In this document: piece by piece, positions 51,051 to 61,604 of the stretch
Numbering within the stretch: position 1 is the first letter of the stretch
How the letters are laid out: each line of letters opens with the position of its first letter
From: Camelus dromedarius
Lineage: Eukaryota
Reading direction: 5' to 3'
DNA: 64,000 nucleotides
Assembly (NCBI RefSeq): GCF_036321535.1
Contig: NC_087437.1
Location: forward strand, 87,050,001-87,114,000
The notes under the pieces: model-generated
Seen by the model: only the letters and a program-made list of their open reading frames with translations
Databases searched by the model: none
Told to the model about the DNA's origin: nothing
Made by a program: the position numbers and the translations under genes

Positions 51051-52844
51051 TTAAGTTCATAATTTTTCTTAACCTACATCAGAAAGCACATCCTAGCTAT
51101 TAGGAACTTCGCATATCTTTTTCCATCATTGTAAACATCTGGCAGGAACTTTATTGAAGGCCAACAAGAAATGAGACCAGCAACAGAGAGGGCTTCGAAC
51201 CAGTTAAAATTACTAACAAAACATACTTGTTTTAAAACGAAATATTGTCATATCTGTTTATTGTTTTTCTTTTCTCAAACTTAAGCTTAGGATCATCTCA
51301 GAAACCTTTAGCATTTTGTCTAAAATTTTAAGTCCTTACTTGGTCCCCATTTAGTCTCAGGTTTTAGTGGGGTTTTTTTCTTTGTTTTTGTTTTTGTTTT
51401 GTTTGGCAGCTCTTTTAAAAATTTAAAAAGTAAGTCAGAGTTCAAATAGAAATAAACCAATGATTGATTTGCTGTTGTTTGGGCATACAAGGACAACCTT
51501 CATAAAGTTATTTTTGAAAACTTAGATCTTTAAACAGCAATATCTTCTTGCCAAGGCTTTCTTTTTAATAAGCCTTCTTCCAACATGGCAGACTTTAAAC
51601 GCTCATTTAGAAACATCCTTTCTTTGCGATTCTGTTTCCGGCTTCCAGGGAGAACAGCAGGGTTGTGACTTTTGTCAATCAGTGGTACCGAAGCCTTTCT
51701 TTTTAAAATGAGAATAGGATTCCAGACTGAATAAATCAATCCTCCTCTGTCTGAGAGAGTAACATCTGAATTAGCCACAGTGTAAAACAGCCAAAGATAA
51801 TTAATGATATGCTTTGAGTCAACCGTTATTCACTTCCAATTCAAGTATACCGACATCTTTTTTTAATGTAGTTACAAAGAAAATTACAAGGATGCTCACC
51901 ATCTTAAATTTTTTAAAGGTCTTATCATCATCTACTATAACTTCTAATAATATAATGTTTGGCAAAATAAGCTTACTTTACATGCTATTTTGTTTAGTTA
52001 CTACTCATCTTTTGTTACATGTTTTATTCCATTTCATTTCTATCTCTGCCTTAAAAAGTCTGATTTCTGTTCATCCAGTTTCCTTACACTCTGCAAATTT
52101 TCTTATGCTCTCTGAGAAAATACACACCCAGGCAGAAGATAAGAAGAAATGGTAGGAGACATTAGACAATTTCACTTTTTTTAAGTGAAATGCTATTTTA
52201 AAGGTCATCACCTCCCAAAGGTCTTAGCCCTTTCAAGGTTGGATAAGTGAATCTGCTTCTAAAGAAAAATGTATTAGAACACATTAAAATGGATTTTGAG
52301 AATGTGATTTTGTACTTGGCGAATAACTAATATTTTTCATTGTTAAATTTTCTTCTGGTCTAGTCTTATTTTTGAGCTAATTTACTTTTAAAGATATACC
52401 TTTTAATAAAACCAAATGTTCATAACCAATGAGAACAGTAATATGAGAACAATCATAGATCAAGGGGTAATATAAAAAATGTTACCCATAAAGAAATCTA
52501 AAGTGTGAAGAAACATAAAGAAAATATTTAAATCATCCATGATATTGAATATGCTAATTGCTCAAGAAAAGGTACAGCCTTAGGATTGGAAGAAAATTAA
52601 GAGGTCCTTTATAAAGTTTTACATATAAATATTGAGAGTTTCAGTTAAAATCTATAGAAGTAACTGAAGTTCATTGACTTATATGTTGTCCTACAATTGA
52701 ATTTAAATCCTCAATTCAATATTGACATATCTAGAATATGAAACAAAACTTTTCAAGTCCTGATAATATGAAGATGATAAACTCAAATTTAGCTAGGTGG
52801 GAACTAAGCTGGCTTCAATTAAGCAACAGTCTTCCATGAACATG

Positions 52845-53035
52845 AGGACTGTATGTTGTAGTAATTAGGAGTAGCTGCAAGGAGCTAATCTCCCTGGGTT
52901 CAAAACCCATCTGCTTCACTTAATAACTGTGTGACCTTAAACAAGTGACTTGAACTCTAGGTCTCAGCTTCCTTCTCTGTGAAATGGAAATAATCCGATT
53001 ACCTATTTCATAGATTTTCATGAATATTAAATAAG
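52845..53035 (+). mobile_element. MIR SINE
   Basis: CCTGGGTTCAAAACCC...CACTTAATAACTGTGTGACCTTAAACAAGTGACTTGAACTCT...TCAGCTTCCTTCTCTGTGAAATGG. Confidence 0.85.
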
Positions 53036-53684
53036 TCCACAGTTGTCGTTTCCTTATTGCTAAATGATCTTGGAGTACTTTTCTTTGCAGGAGTGTGCTT
53101 CTTTAGAGTCCATTGGGATTAAAGGTCTCCAGGAGATAGAGTCAAGGGCCAGCCTAGGAATTTAAATTTTTAGGTATCTTCTGGTAGTGCTTGTCAGACT
53201 GGAAAATCCTGAGTGACAAGTTCCCAAACCAACTTCCATCTCAAATCCTAAAACGTTCTAAGGTTAGAAACCAGAAACAGAAATGGCCTACGTATATTCC
53301 CATAGTCACTTCTTTCTAGTATTACATTCGCCTAAGGCAGAGGAAATCTGACATGGAGGAGAGGGTGCAAGAAAATGGAAACACAAGGACCCAACCAGTC
53401 CTCATTCTTAGGACCTGATTTTTACTTAGAATGTACTATGTTTCATAATGTCCACATGTCCAAAGGAGGAAAATACTGCTGATTCCCTGACCTCTGCAGT
53501 TGGGTCAAAAATCAAGCAGTTATTTCATCTATAATTTTCCCTAAAATAATAATTTCAGCAAATAAAGGGATATATCAAGAAATTAGATGCTACTTCTTGA
53601 AAAGAAATAATATTTTTTCCCTAATTTCCTCTGAATGGGAACAGAAATTAATTAAATAATAAAGACCATGTCACATTTTACTTT

Positions 53685-53974
53685 GCACATTTCCCAAAAG
53701 TATTCCATAAGATAATGGTGCATCAAAATGTTTACAAAGATGATTAAAATGAAAGTCATTGAAGGGGAAATTTTTTTTTTCATAAAATAAAATTTATTTT
53801 CTGTAGAACTACTCATAATTGTTACCTCATGAATGTACATAATGAAAGTCAATGTGTGAAGGAGGATATTGAATATATTACTTCCCCAAATTATCTGGCC
53901 AAGGATTCCCCATTTTTCCTGATTTCGCTTTAAAGGAACACTGTTCTCTATGATACTAGTTTTGGGAAATAAAG
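53685..53974. mobile_element. hAT-Charlie-type non-autonomous element (Charlie4-like; subfamily uncertain)
   Basis: Perfect 11-bp inverted repeat ATTTCCCAAAA (53689-53699) / TTTTGGGAAAT (53960-53970) resembling Charlie TIRs; subterminal GGAACAC. Confidence 0.6.
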
Positions 53975-54324
53975 ACTTAGATGAAAGTTTACTTAAAAGC
54001 AAAGGTTTTGTTGCATTTTTCATTGATTACAATTATAACTTTGTAGATGCTGAAAATAATTTTTAATTTTGAATCAATTCCCAAAAAATATTTTAACAAT
54101 TTTAAAAAGTTCTCAGTTCAATCCTAATATTGAAATCATTGAAAGCCTGAGTCAGTTTTCATTTCATCAGTATTCTCAATGACTCTTTGGGACTTCAAAA
54201 TAGAATCAAGCATTTTGTCTATGACATTTTTTTTTAACTCCCAAGGTAGAAAAGTCATGTTGTTTTCTTTTAAGACAGAATTCCAAATCTGCTTTTTATT
54301 CATTAATTCAATAAGTATTTCTTA

Positions 54325-54968
54325 GTAAAAATAAACAAATGGGATCTAATTAAATTTATAAGCATTTACACAACAAAGGAAACCATAAATAAAACAAAAA
54401 ATAGAATGGGAGAAAATATTTGCAAATGATGTAACTGATTTCCAGAATATACAAACAGCTCACACAACTCAATAATAAAAACCCAAACAACCCAAAACAA
54501 AAATTAGCAGAAGACCTATTAAATAGACAATTCTCCAATGAAGGCATGGAGATGGCCAATAGGCACATGAAAAAGCACTCAATATCATTAATCAGAGAAA
54601 TGCAAATCAAAACTACAGTGAACTATCATCTCACACCAGTCAGAATGGCCATCATTGAAAAGTCCACCAACAATAAATGCTGGAGAGGGTGTAGAGAAAA
54701 GGGAACCCTCCTACACTGTTGCTGGGAATGTAGTTTGATGCAGCCATCATGGAAAACAGTATGGAGATGCCTTAAAAAACTGAAAATAGATTCACCCTCT
54801 GATCCAGCAATCCTACTCCTGGGCATATATCCAGAGGAAACTCTAATTTGAAAAGATACATGCACCCCAATGTTCATAGCAGCACTATTTACAATAGCCA
54901 AGACATGGAAACAACCTAAATGTCCATCAGTGGATGACTGGATAAAGAAGTTGTGGTATATATATATA
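54325..54968 (+). mobile_element. Relatively young L1 fragment, ORF2 C-terminal cysteine-rich region; truncated at both ends
   Basis: ORF 54546..54851 [21 protein letters not shown]...[19 protein letters not shown] is the canonical L1 ORF2p C-terminus; TGCACCCCAATGTTCATAGCAGCACTATTTACAATAGCCAAGACATGG. Confidence 0.95.
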
Positions 54969-54992
54969 GTGTTGGAGTAATTAAGAGTAGTT

Positions 54993-55056
54993 ATATCCCT
55001 ATCTCTCTCTCTCTAATTTCCTGTTGGTTCTGTTTCATCCGCAGAACCCTAACACA
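54993..55056 (+). mobile_element. MLT2-type (ERVL) LTR 3' end fragment
   Basis: (CT)n followed by CCTGTTGGTTCTGTTTC...AGAACCCTAACACA, resembling the MLT2 terminus. Confidence 0.6.
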
Positions 55057-55229
55057 GTGCAGATGAGTATTTACATAGAAACCTCTAACAAAGGGAACTC
55101 ATCTACTTCAGAATATTTAAGTAGTAGTTAAACCAAGACTGAAATATGAGCAGGATTTCACTAAGGGGCAGGATAGATGTGAGAGCTGAAGAGGAAGGGA
55201 ACACAGAGCAGGGCTGATAGAACATCTGT

Positions 55230-55668
55230 GGGTCTAACAGGACTGGGCATCAAGCCCCAGAGCAGTGTACTCAGGCCCTGAAACCTAACAGTGGAATGCA
55301 TGCTCCTGGGATCTGGACTTTCTTGGGACAAATTATCCCTTTGTTCCTTCCATTTTCTTCATATGAGAATGAGACTGTTTCTCCCATGCCAGTCTCCTCA
55401 TTGGAATTTGGGAGCAGATAACTTGTTTTTTAGTTTCCCAAGTACATAGATGAAGAGGAATGTTTTGCCCCAGGATAGATCAGGTCCAGAGTCTCACCCA
55501 TACATGACTTAGAGCATGAGATTTGAGACTTCTTGAGTCTTTAATATTGAGATGAGACTTTGGACTTGAAGTTGATGCTAGAATGGGTTAAGAATTTTGA
55601 GAATGTTGAGAAGGGTAAATGTATTCTGCATGTAGGTTGGACATGAATTTTGGGGGCAGGAGGACAGT
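55230..55668 (+). mobile_element. MLT1 (ERVL-MaLR) internal sequence, 3' end with polypurine tract
   Basis: GAGACTTTGGACTTGAAGTTGATGCTAGAATGGGTTAAGA...ATGTATTCTGCATGT...GACATGAATTTTGGGGGCAGGAGG directly preceding an LTR. Confidence 0.8.
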
Positions 55669-56104
55669 TAATACTGGGTTGAACAGTGTCCCCCCAAAAT
55701 TCATGTATACTGGAACTCCAGAATGTGACCTAATTTTAAAATAGATGTAGATGCAATTGATTAAGTTAAATTGAGGTCAGACGGGATTAAGATGGGCCCT
55801 AAATCTAAGCACTAGAGACCTTATAAAGTCATCATGTGAAGACACACACAGGGAAGAAGGCCATGTGAAGACGGGGACAGAAATTGGAATAATATAGCTA
55901 GAAGCCAAAGAATGTCAAGGGTTGCCAGCAATGACCTGAAACCAAGAAGAGGCAAGAAAGAACTCTTTCCTAGAATCTTCAGAGGGAGCATGGCCCAGCT
56001 AATACCTTGATTTGAGACTTCCAGCCTCCGAGATAATATTTTCTGTTGTTTTAAGCAACCTAATTTGTAGTAATTTGTCATGGCATGCTTATGAAATTAA
56101 TTTA
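55669..56104 (+). mobile_element. MLT1C-like LTR (ERVL-MaLR)
   Basis: GGGTTGAACAGTGTCCCCCCAAAATTCATGT...CAGAATGTGACCT...GGCCATGTGAAGACGG...GACTTCCAGCCTCC...TTTCTGTTGTTTTAAGC. Confidence 0.9.
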
Positions 56105-56749
56105 ACTTCTTGTCAGAATAAATACACTGAGATATTTTGGTTTGTATCAGTATAGATATCGATGAAGAGGTCTGTAGAGAAACTTGATCTTCCTAGTCAG
56201 GCAGGCTAGATAGGTAGAAATATGACAGTTTCTTCCAGGCTTATTTTAATATTAGTTGAGTTCGTTTCAGCAGGCAACTAAATTTGTAGCTTTAAAATAT
56301 TGCATATTTTATGTTTTACCTTTGGGAATAGATATTCAATAAGGTAAACAAATTAAATAATATCAGAAGTTATTTCATAGACAAAATTATAATGCTATAT
56401 TGCCTATTATTATGTCTAATATTATATCTTCTGTTCAATACTGTTCAATACAGTAATCTTGAAGTATATATCTAATACTATAATAGTAAATATTGTAGAC
56501 AAGGCTATAATAAATATGTGCTTATAAGTCAGTATCTGCTTGTTTGAAGGTTAAAGGTGGTACAATGTTCTAAATAACTCTTAAAATATAAAATGACTGA
56601 AAATAACTTTCAGAGAACAATGTGAGTATAATATACCAGAGCTATGACTGAGTTGATATCTGATACTTGTGGTTACCTTTTGTTTTAATAATTATTTTCT
56701 GAGTATATGAACTTACTCAAATAGCATGTGGAAATTAAATTTGTCAAAC

Positions 56750-56852
56750 ATACATTTATTTGCAAAAGATTTATTTTGATCACCTATCATATCCAAACTC
56801 TGTCCTAGGTGCCAAGTTACAGTGTAAACCAAAGTGAAGTTGCCCTCAGGTC
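56750..56852 (-). mobile_element. L2 3' end fragment
   Basis: ATTTATTTTGATCACCTATCATATCCAAACTCTGTCCTAGGTGC. Confidence 0.6.
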
Positions 56853-57224
56853 AATGTGAAAGAAATAGTCCACACCATTTAACTATACGTATAAAATGGT
56901 AAGTTCTGAGTAGGGTGGGGTCATGGAGAAGAACAAGTAAGAATGTACTCTCAAACCGGTGGGCAGGAAATAGTTCTCTGTGCATATGACTTTTTACTGA
57001 AAGCAGAAGTATTAAAAGAAGCCGAACATGCAAAGGACAAACCAGAGGTTAGTATTTTGCCGGAAAACACCGCAAATTTAAAGACAGCCTAACCAACGAA
57101 TTACATTTCTAAGTGCATCATATACAAATGCTAAAATAATAAAATCAAATAATTCTAAAACTCTCAAATGTCAAACGATCTTTAGTGATTTTCAAATAAC
57201 AATGTCCTTACAACCTTCTGAGAA

Positions 57225-57560
57225 CTGAGTCTGAAAACAGACATCAGAACTGGTTTCAGTGCCATCCATCATCAGCCAGCCAACCTTCCTGGAAACCAAA
57301 TGGCATAATTAGAAGAAGAGCAAGTTCAGCCAGAATGCCGGAGCCACTGTTGGAATATAACTCAACAGAAGCAAATGTGCAGACAATGCGTGACAACAGG
57401 ACACCTAAGCAGCTGCTATGTACTGAGCAATAGCAGGTCAGCCTCAAAGACTTCCGTGGAGCTGCTGTGGAAGCCCGCATTGCACTAACAGGAAACAAAG
57501 GGAATCAGCAGCCGTTCCTGAATCAGCCTGCTGTGGAAGTCAGCGCAGAGGGAGATCTTG
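57225..57560 (+). mobile_element. Ancient RTE-clade LINE remnant (L4/MamRTE-like)
   Basis: 57371-57427 translates to ANVQTMRDNRTPKQLLCTE, resembling RTE GHVxRMxDxRxPKQLLYGEL; upstream 57286-57309 FLETKWHN resembles ILxIKWQD. Confidence 0.7.
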
Positions 57561-58254
57561 ATTGTGTGCTAAACAAAAGGCAAAGAAAGAAGTAATATTA
57601 TGTTCTGTAAATTGTACTCACAGCAGCAAGCTGAAGGATATTATTAATGTGTTTTTGGTTGGAGCTTTAACTCAATCTGATCCATAGAAAGTGGTTGGGA
57701 ACAGCCTTTTCTTCAAATAGCACATGTCCCACTATTCAAGTAGAAACTTTCAGTACTAAAAATCCAAGATTTGCAAGTCAATTCGGCACTTATTTAGAGA
57801 ATGCCTACTATGCCTGAAGCATCTTTTAGCCACTTGGTATCATCTGTAAACAAAATAAAGATCCTTTTCCCACTGCCACTTTTATTCTAGTCAGAAAGAC
57901 AGAAAATAAACATAATGGCTAAGAAAATTATGCTGATGACAGATGGTGATAATGGCTCTGGAAAAAAATAAAGGGAACAACGTAAGAGGATCAGGATGTG
58001 TGTGGAGTGGTGGCGTTGCAGTAGTATTAGAGGCCAATGTAAGTGATTGTTATTCAAAACTTGGAGGTTAGTCAAGGGAGTACCTGAGGAAACCCCTAGT
58101 GCAAAATATCCTGGACAGAATGTGCCTACAAAGCAGTAGCAAGGTGGCCAACAGGGGAAGCAGAGACTATGAGCTTGAATGTAGTAAATGAGATTGTTGA
58201 GGTAACTGGGGCCAGAATGCATGGTCTTGTAGGAGACTTAAGGAAAAAAAGAAA

Positions 58255-58605
58255 AACACTTTTATTTGGAAATGAATTTAGACTCAGAATTTGCAAAAAT
58301 AGTACAACATCTCCACACACCCTTCCCTCAGCTTCCCTCAATGATAACATATTATAAAACTCTAGTACTAAGACCAGGGAATTGATACGGGTACAATACA
58401 CCAGACTACAGAGTTTATTTAAATTCCAGGAGATTTTCCATACATTCACTTTTCATCATTATCGTTTGAAATGTATTGCATGTATAGATTTGTATAAACA
58501 CTAACATGGTCAGGGGCAGAACTGCTCCATCATCCCCCAGAACTCCTTCTAATTATTATTACACGCTCACCTCACCCCTAGGCTCTGACAAACACCTGAC
58601 CTTAA
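58255..58605 (-). mobile_element. L1MC1/L1MC2-like 3' end
   Basis: TTTTTATTTGGAAATGAATTTAGACTCAGAATTTGCAAAAATAGTACA...CAGAACTGCTCCATCA. Confidence 0.8.
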
Positions 58606-58699
58606 TTTTAACGACGCTGACTTTATCTTTGAGTCAGATGGGCTCCTTTGGAAGGTTCTGAGCAAATGAGTGACGTGATCTGCTAGAAGAAGAAGATAC

Positions 58700-58726
58700 G
58701 ATGATGATGATGATGATGATGATGAT
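58700..58726. repeat. (GAT)9 microsatellite followed by GA/TA-rich low complexity
   Basis: Directly visible. Confidence 0.95.
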
Positions 58727-58764
58727 ATAAACACAGATACAGATAGAGATATATAGAGAGAGAT

Positions 58765-60007
58765 ATTTCTTTTGCCATTATAATTCAAAATCTGTATTTC
58801 AAATCTATAGCATTTTGAAAATGATAACCGTATTCCTTTTATCTATATTTCTAAATATTGACATTTCTATATTTACTTCTTCTCTGTATAGGTTGTATAG
58901 ATTTTTTGTGTGCTGTTATTGTTACTTTTTCTCTTTTTAGTGAGCCATTTGAAAGTAATCTGCACACATAATGACTCTACTACTAAATACTTCAGCATGT
59001 GTTTATAAGTAGGAAGGCTTTTTCCTCATAATCACAATAACAGTATCACAACCCAATGTTGTAACATTGATACTATATTATCTAATATATAGGCCACAAA
59101 AATTTCTCTGTCTTAAAATATTCTTTAAGATTTTTTTTGATCCAGAATCCAATCATGATCACACATTTCATTTGGTTGTCATTTCTCTTGTCACCTTTAT
59201 TCTAGACAAATACTGTTTTTGTTTTTGTTTTTTAACTCTTGGTCTTTCAGGACATGAAAAGACTAGCTGCTTATAGACTATCCCACAACATTGACGGATG
59301 TGTCTGATATTTCCTCATGATTAAATTTCAACTGAACATTTCTGTAAGAACATGAGAAAGTGCTGTGTGCCCTTCCTGCTGCATCACGTCGCCAGGTACA
59401 TAAAGCCGGTTTGTCCCGGGGATGCTGCGAAGTTTGTTGACGAGGTTACCGTGGAGTTCATCAGATCCCTCCTCTGTAAAGCTAATCTTTCTTTTTGTAA
59501 TTAATAATTTAAAAGTCACCTGTGGGGTGATACTTAGGGTCCAGTGAATATTCTTTTTCTCAACTGCTTTAGTCTCCACTGATAATGTTTACCTGTATTA
59601 ATGATTACATTGGTTGGTGAAATATAACACATGTACTAGCTAACATTCTGTGAAGATGTGCTTCCCCTCGTACCCCTCCACCTTTCACTGAGTATCACCA
59701 TGGATCAAAGATTTTAATACTATTGATATTAGTAGTATTGTTGTTGTGCTGTTTACTGTTTTTATCATTATTTAATGTGACAGTCCCTTTCTGTTCTTTT
59801 TCTTTTGTTAGTCAAGTTGTTCTAAGTCTGGCCAGCGAGAGCCACATCAAGCCTGAGAGTCCTCCACCTCACTCTCACTGTTCTCTTTGCTCTGAACACA
59901 TTCTTGCTCTTGAACAATAAAACAGTTATAGACTTTAACCTTCTCTGCCTCAGATGTGGACTCCACTTTTTCTCCAAAATCCCTAATTCTTTTTAGTACA
60001 GAATAGT
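58765..60007 (-). mobile_element. L1MC4/L1MC5-like 3' region
   Basis: GAGCCATTTGAAAGTAA...CTAAATACTTCAGCATGTG...GATCCAGAATCCAATCATGATCACACATTTCATTTGGTTGTCAT...TTTCCTCATGATTAAATTTCA. Confidence 0.85.
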
Positions 60008-60147
60008 AAGGATCATGCTGATCGTCGTTTTGAGATGGGAGTGGGAGGAGAAGCATCAAAGGGGGAGCAGGGAGATGAGTGAGGAAGCTACCACAATCTT
60101 GACAAGACACAAAGGTGACGGGGTCTAGGGTACCACAGTCCTACATG

Positions 60148-60656
60148 CAGATCTTCCTTGACTTACCATGGGGTTACACCTTGACCGACCTATTGTAATA
60201 AGTTGAAAATATTGCAAGTCAAAAAGGCATTTAATACACCAAACCTCTGGAAGATCATAGCTTAGCCTAGCCCACCTTAAACGTGCTCAGAACACTTACT
60301 ACTAGCCTACGCTTGGGCAAAATCAGCTAACGAGAAGCCTATTTTATAGTAAAGTGTTGAATATCTCATGTCATTTATTGTATACTGTACTAAAAGTGAA
60401 AAAAAATGATTGTACAGGTACAGAATCATTGCAAGTGTATTGGTTGTTGACCTTGTGATCATGTGACTGACTGGGAGTTGTGGCTCACTGCCCGAACCCA
60501 GTATCCTGAGAGAATATCTTACCATCTATCATTCGCCCAAGAAAAAATCAAAATTCAAAATTCAAGGTACAGTTTCTACTGAATGTGTGTCACTTTCACG
60601 TCATTGTAAAGTAGAATAATTGTTAAGTTGAACCATTTTAAGTTGAGGATCATCTG
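60148..60656. mobile_element. MER47/Tigger5-family DNA transposon (TcMar-Tigger), both ends present
   Basis: TIRs CAGATCTTCCTTGACTTA / TAAGTTGAGGATCATCTG; internal CATAGCTTAGCCTAGCCCACCTTAAACGTGCTCAGAACACTTAC. Confidence 0.9.
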
Positions 60657-61414
60657 GGGCAGGAAGAGGCTAGATTTTTCTTATTTTCTGAAGGTAGAGT
60701 TCTTCACAGAATTGGAAGTGGAGTCTAGGAGAAAGAGAAGAGGTAATGTGCTATGAGCTTTTTGGCTAGAAAGATAGAGTTACCATGTACTGGGATGGAG
60801 TGGTGCTAAATGGGGCAAGTTTTGAGTGGAGTAGGACGGGGAATGTCAAAAGATCAGGGTTGTGTGTGCTTATTTGTTTTTCAAGCCATTTGAAGTTATT
60901 CAAATATGGTGAAATAATTTAGACTTTGAAACATCCAGTTGTACTGTCTTAAGCAACATGTATATACAAACTTGCACACTTAAAACAGTGAATTCATCTT
61001 TTAATATTTATAACCCATGCCAGTATGAACAGCATCATGAGATTGTGATGCATCATCTGTGAACAGCATTCTCATTTTTCCTCTAAAGGATGTGACTGTG
61101 CATTAGACAAGGATAAAGTTTGGTTTTTGTTTCATGTGGGTCTTTTGATATTTTCAGATTTGTTACTATAGGATATAAATTGATTTGCCCTGGACATTCA
61201 CATTATTTCACTGTTGAATTTCTGTGTAAAAGAAAGACAAAAATGAAAGAACAGCAAAGTCCTTGCTCAACATTTATTATTGTATTAGCTTTATGTCTGG
61301 GTGTTCAGCAAGACTTTGGGCTTGAAAGCCATGCATTGACGAGAAGCTCCTTTAGCCCTCATTGAACATGTCTAGGAGGATACTTTGAGGACTAGATCAT
61401 AGTTCTATTTAAGG

Positions 61415-61604
61415 TAAAAGTAGACGAACTTTCTGGAGAGGGGCAGATAGTAAATATCTCAGGCTTTACAGGCCACAGTAGAGTACAAAAGCAGCCATGG
61501 AAAATATGTAGATAAGTTACTAGGTTTGAGTTTCAATAAAACTGTATTTACAAAAAACAGGTGGCAGGCAGGATTTGGCCTGCTAGCCATAGTTTGAAAG
61601 TCCT
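61415..61604. mobile_element. MER58A (hAT-Charlie)
   Basis: CAGATAGTAAATATCTCAGGCTTT...AAAAGCAGCCAT...CAATAAAACTGTATTTACAAAAAACAGGTGGCAGGCAGGATTTGGCC...CCATAGTTTG. Confidence 0.9.

Larger units (their letters stand above)
57780..60865 (-). mobile_element. Single L2 element split into four collinear pieces (~57780-58243, 58612-58685, 60008-60145, 60657-60865)
   Basis: Each piece continues the antisense L2 consensus where the previous one stops: GGTCTTGTAGG..AAGG | ACTTTATCTTTGAG..AGTGACGTGATCTG | AAGGATCA..GCAGGGAGA | TTCTGAAGGTAGAG. Confidence 0.8.

Noticed and set aside
53652..54023. 123-aa minus-strand ORF as a transposase
   Set aside because: Lies over a short non-autonomous hAT-like element; no transposase motifs.
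54546..54851. 101-aa ORF as a host gene
   Set aside because: It is the L1 ORF2p C-terminal fragment in a frameshifted, truncated element.
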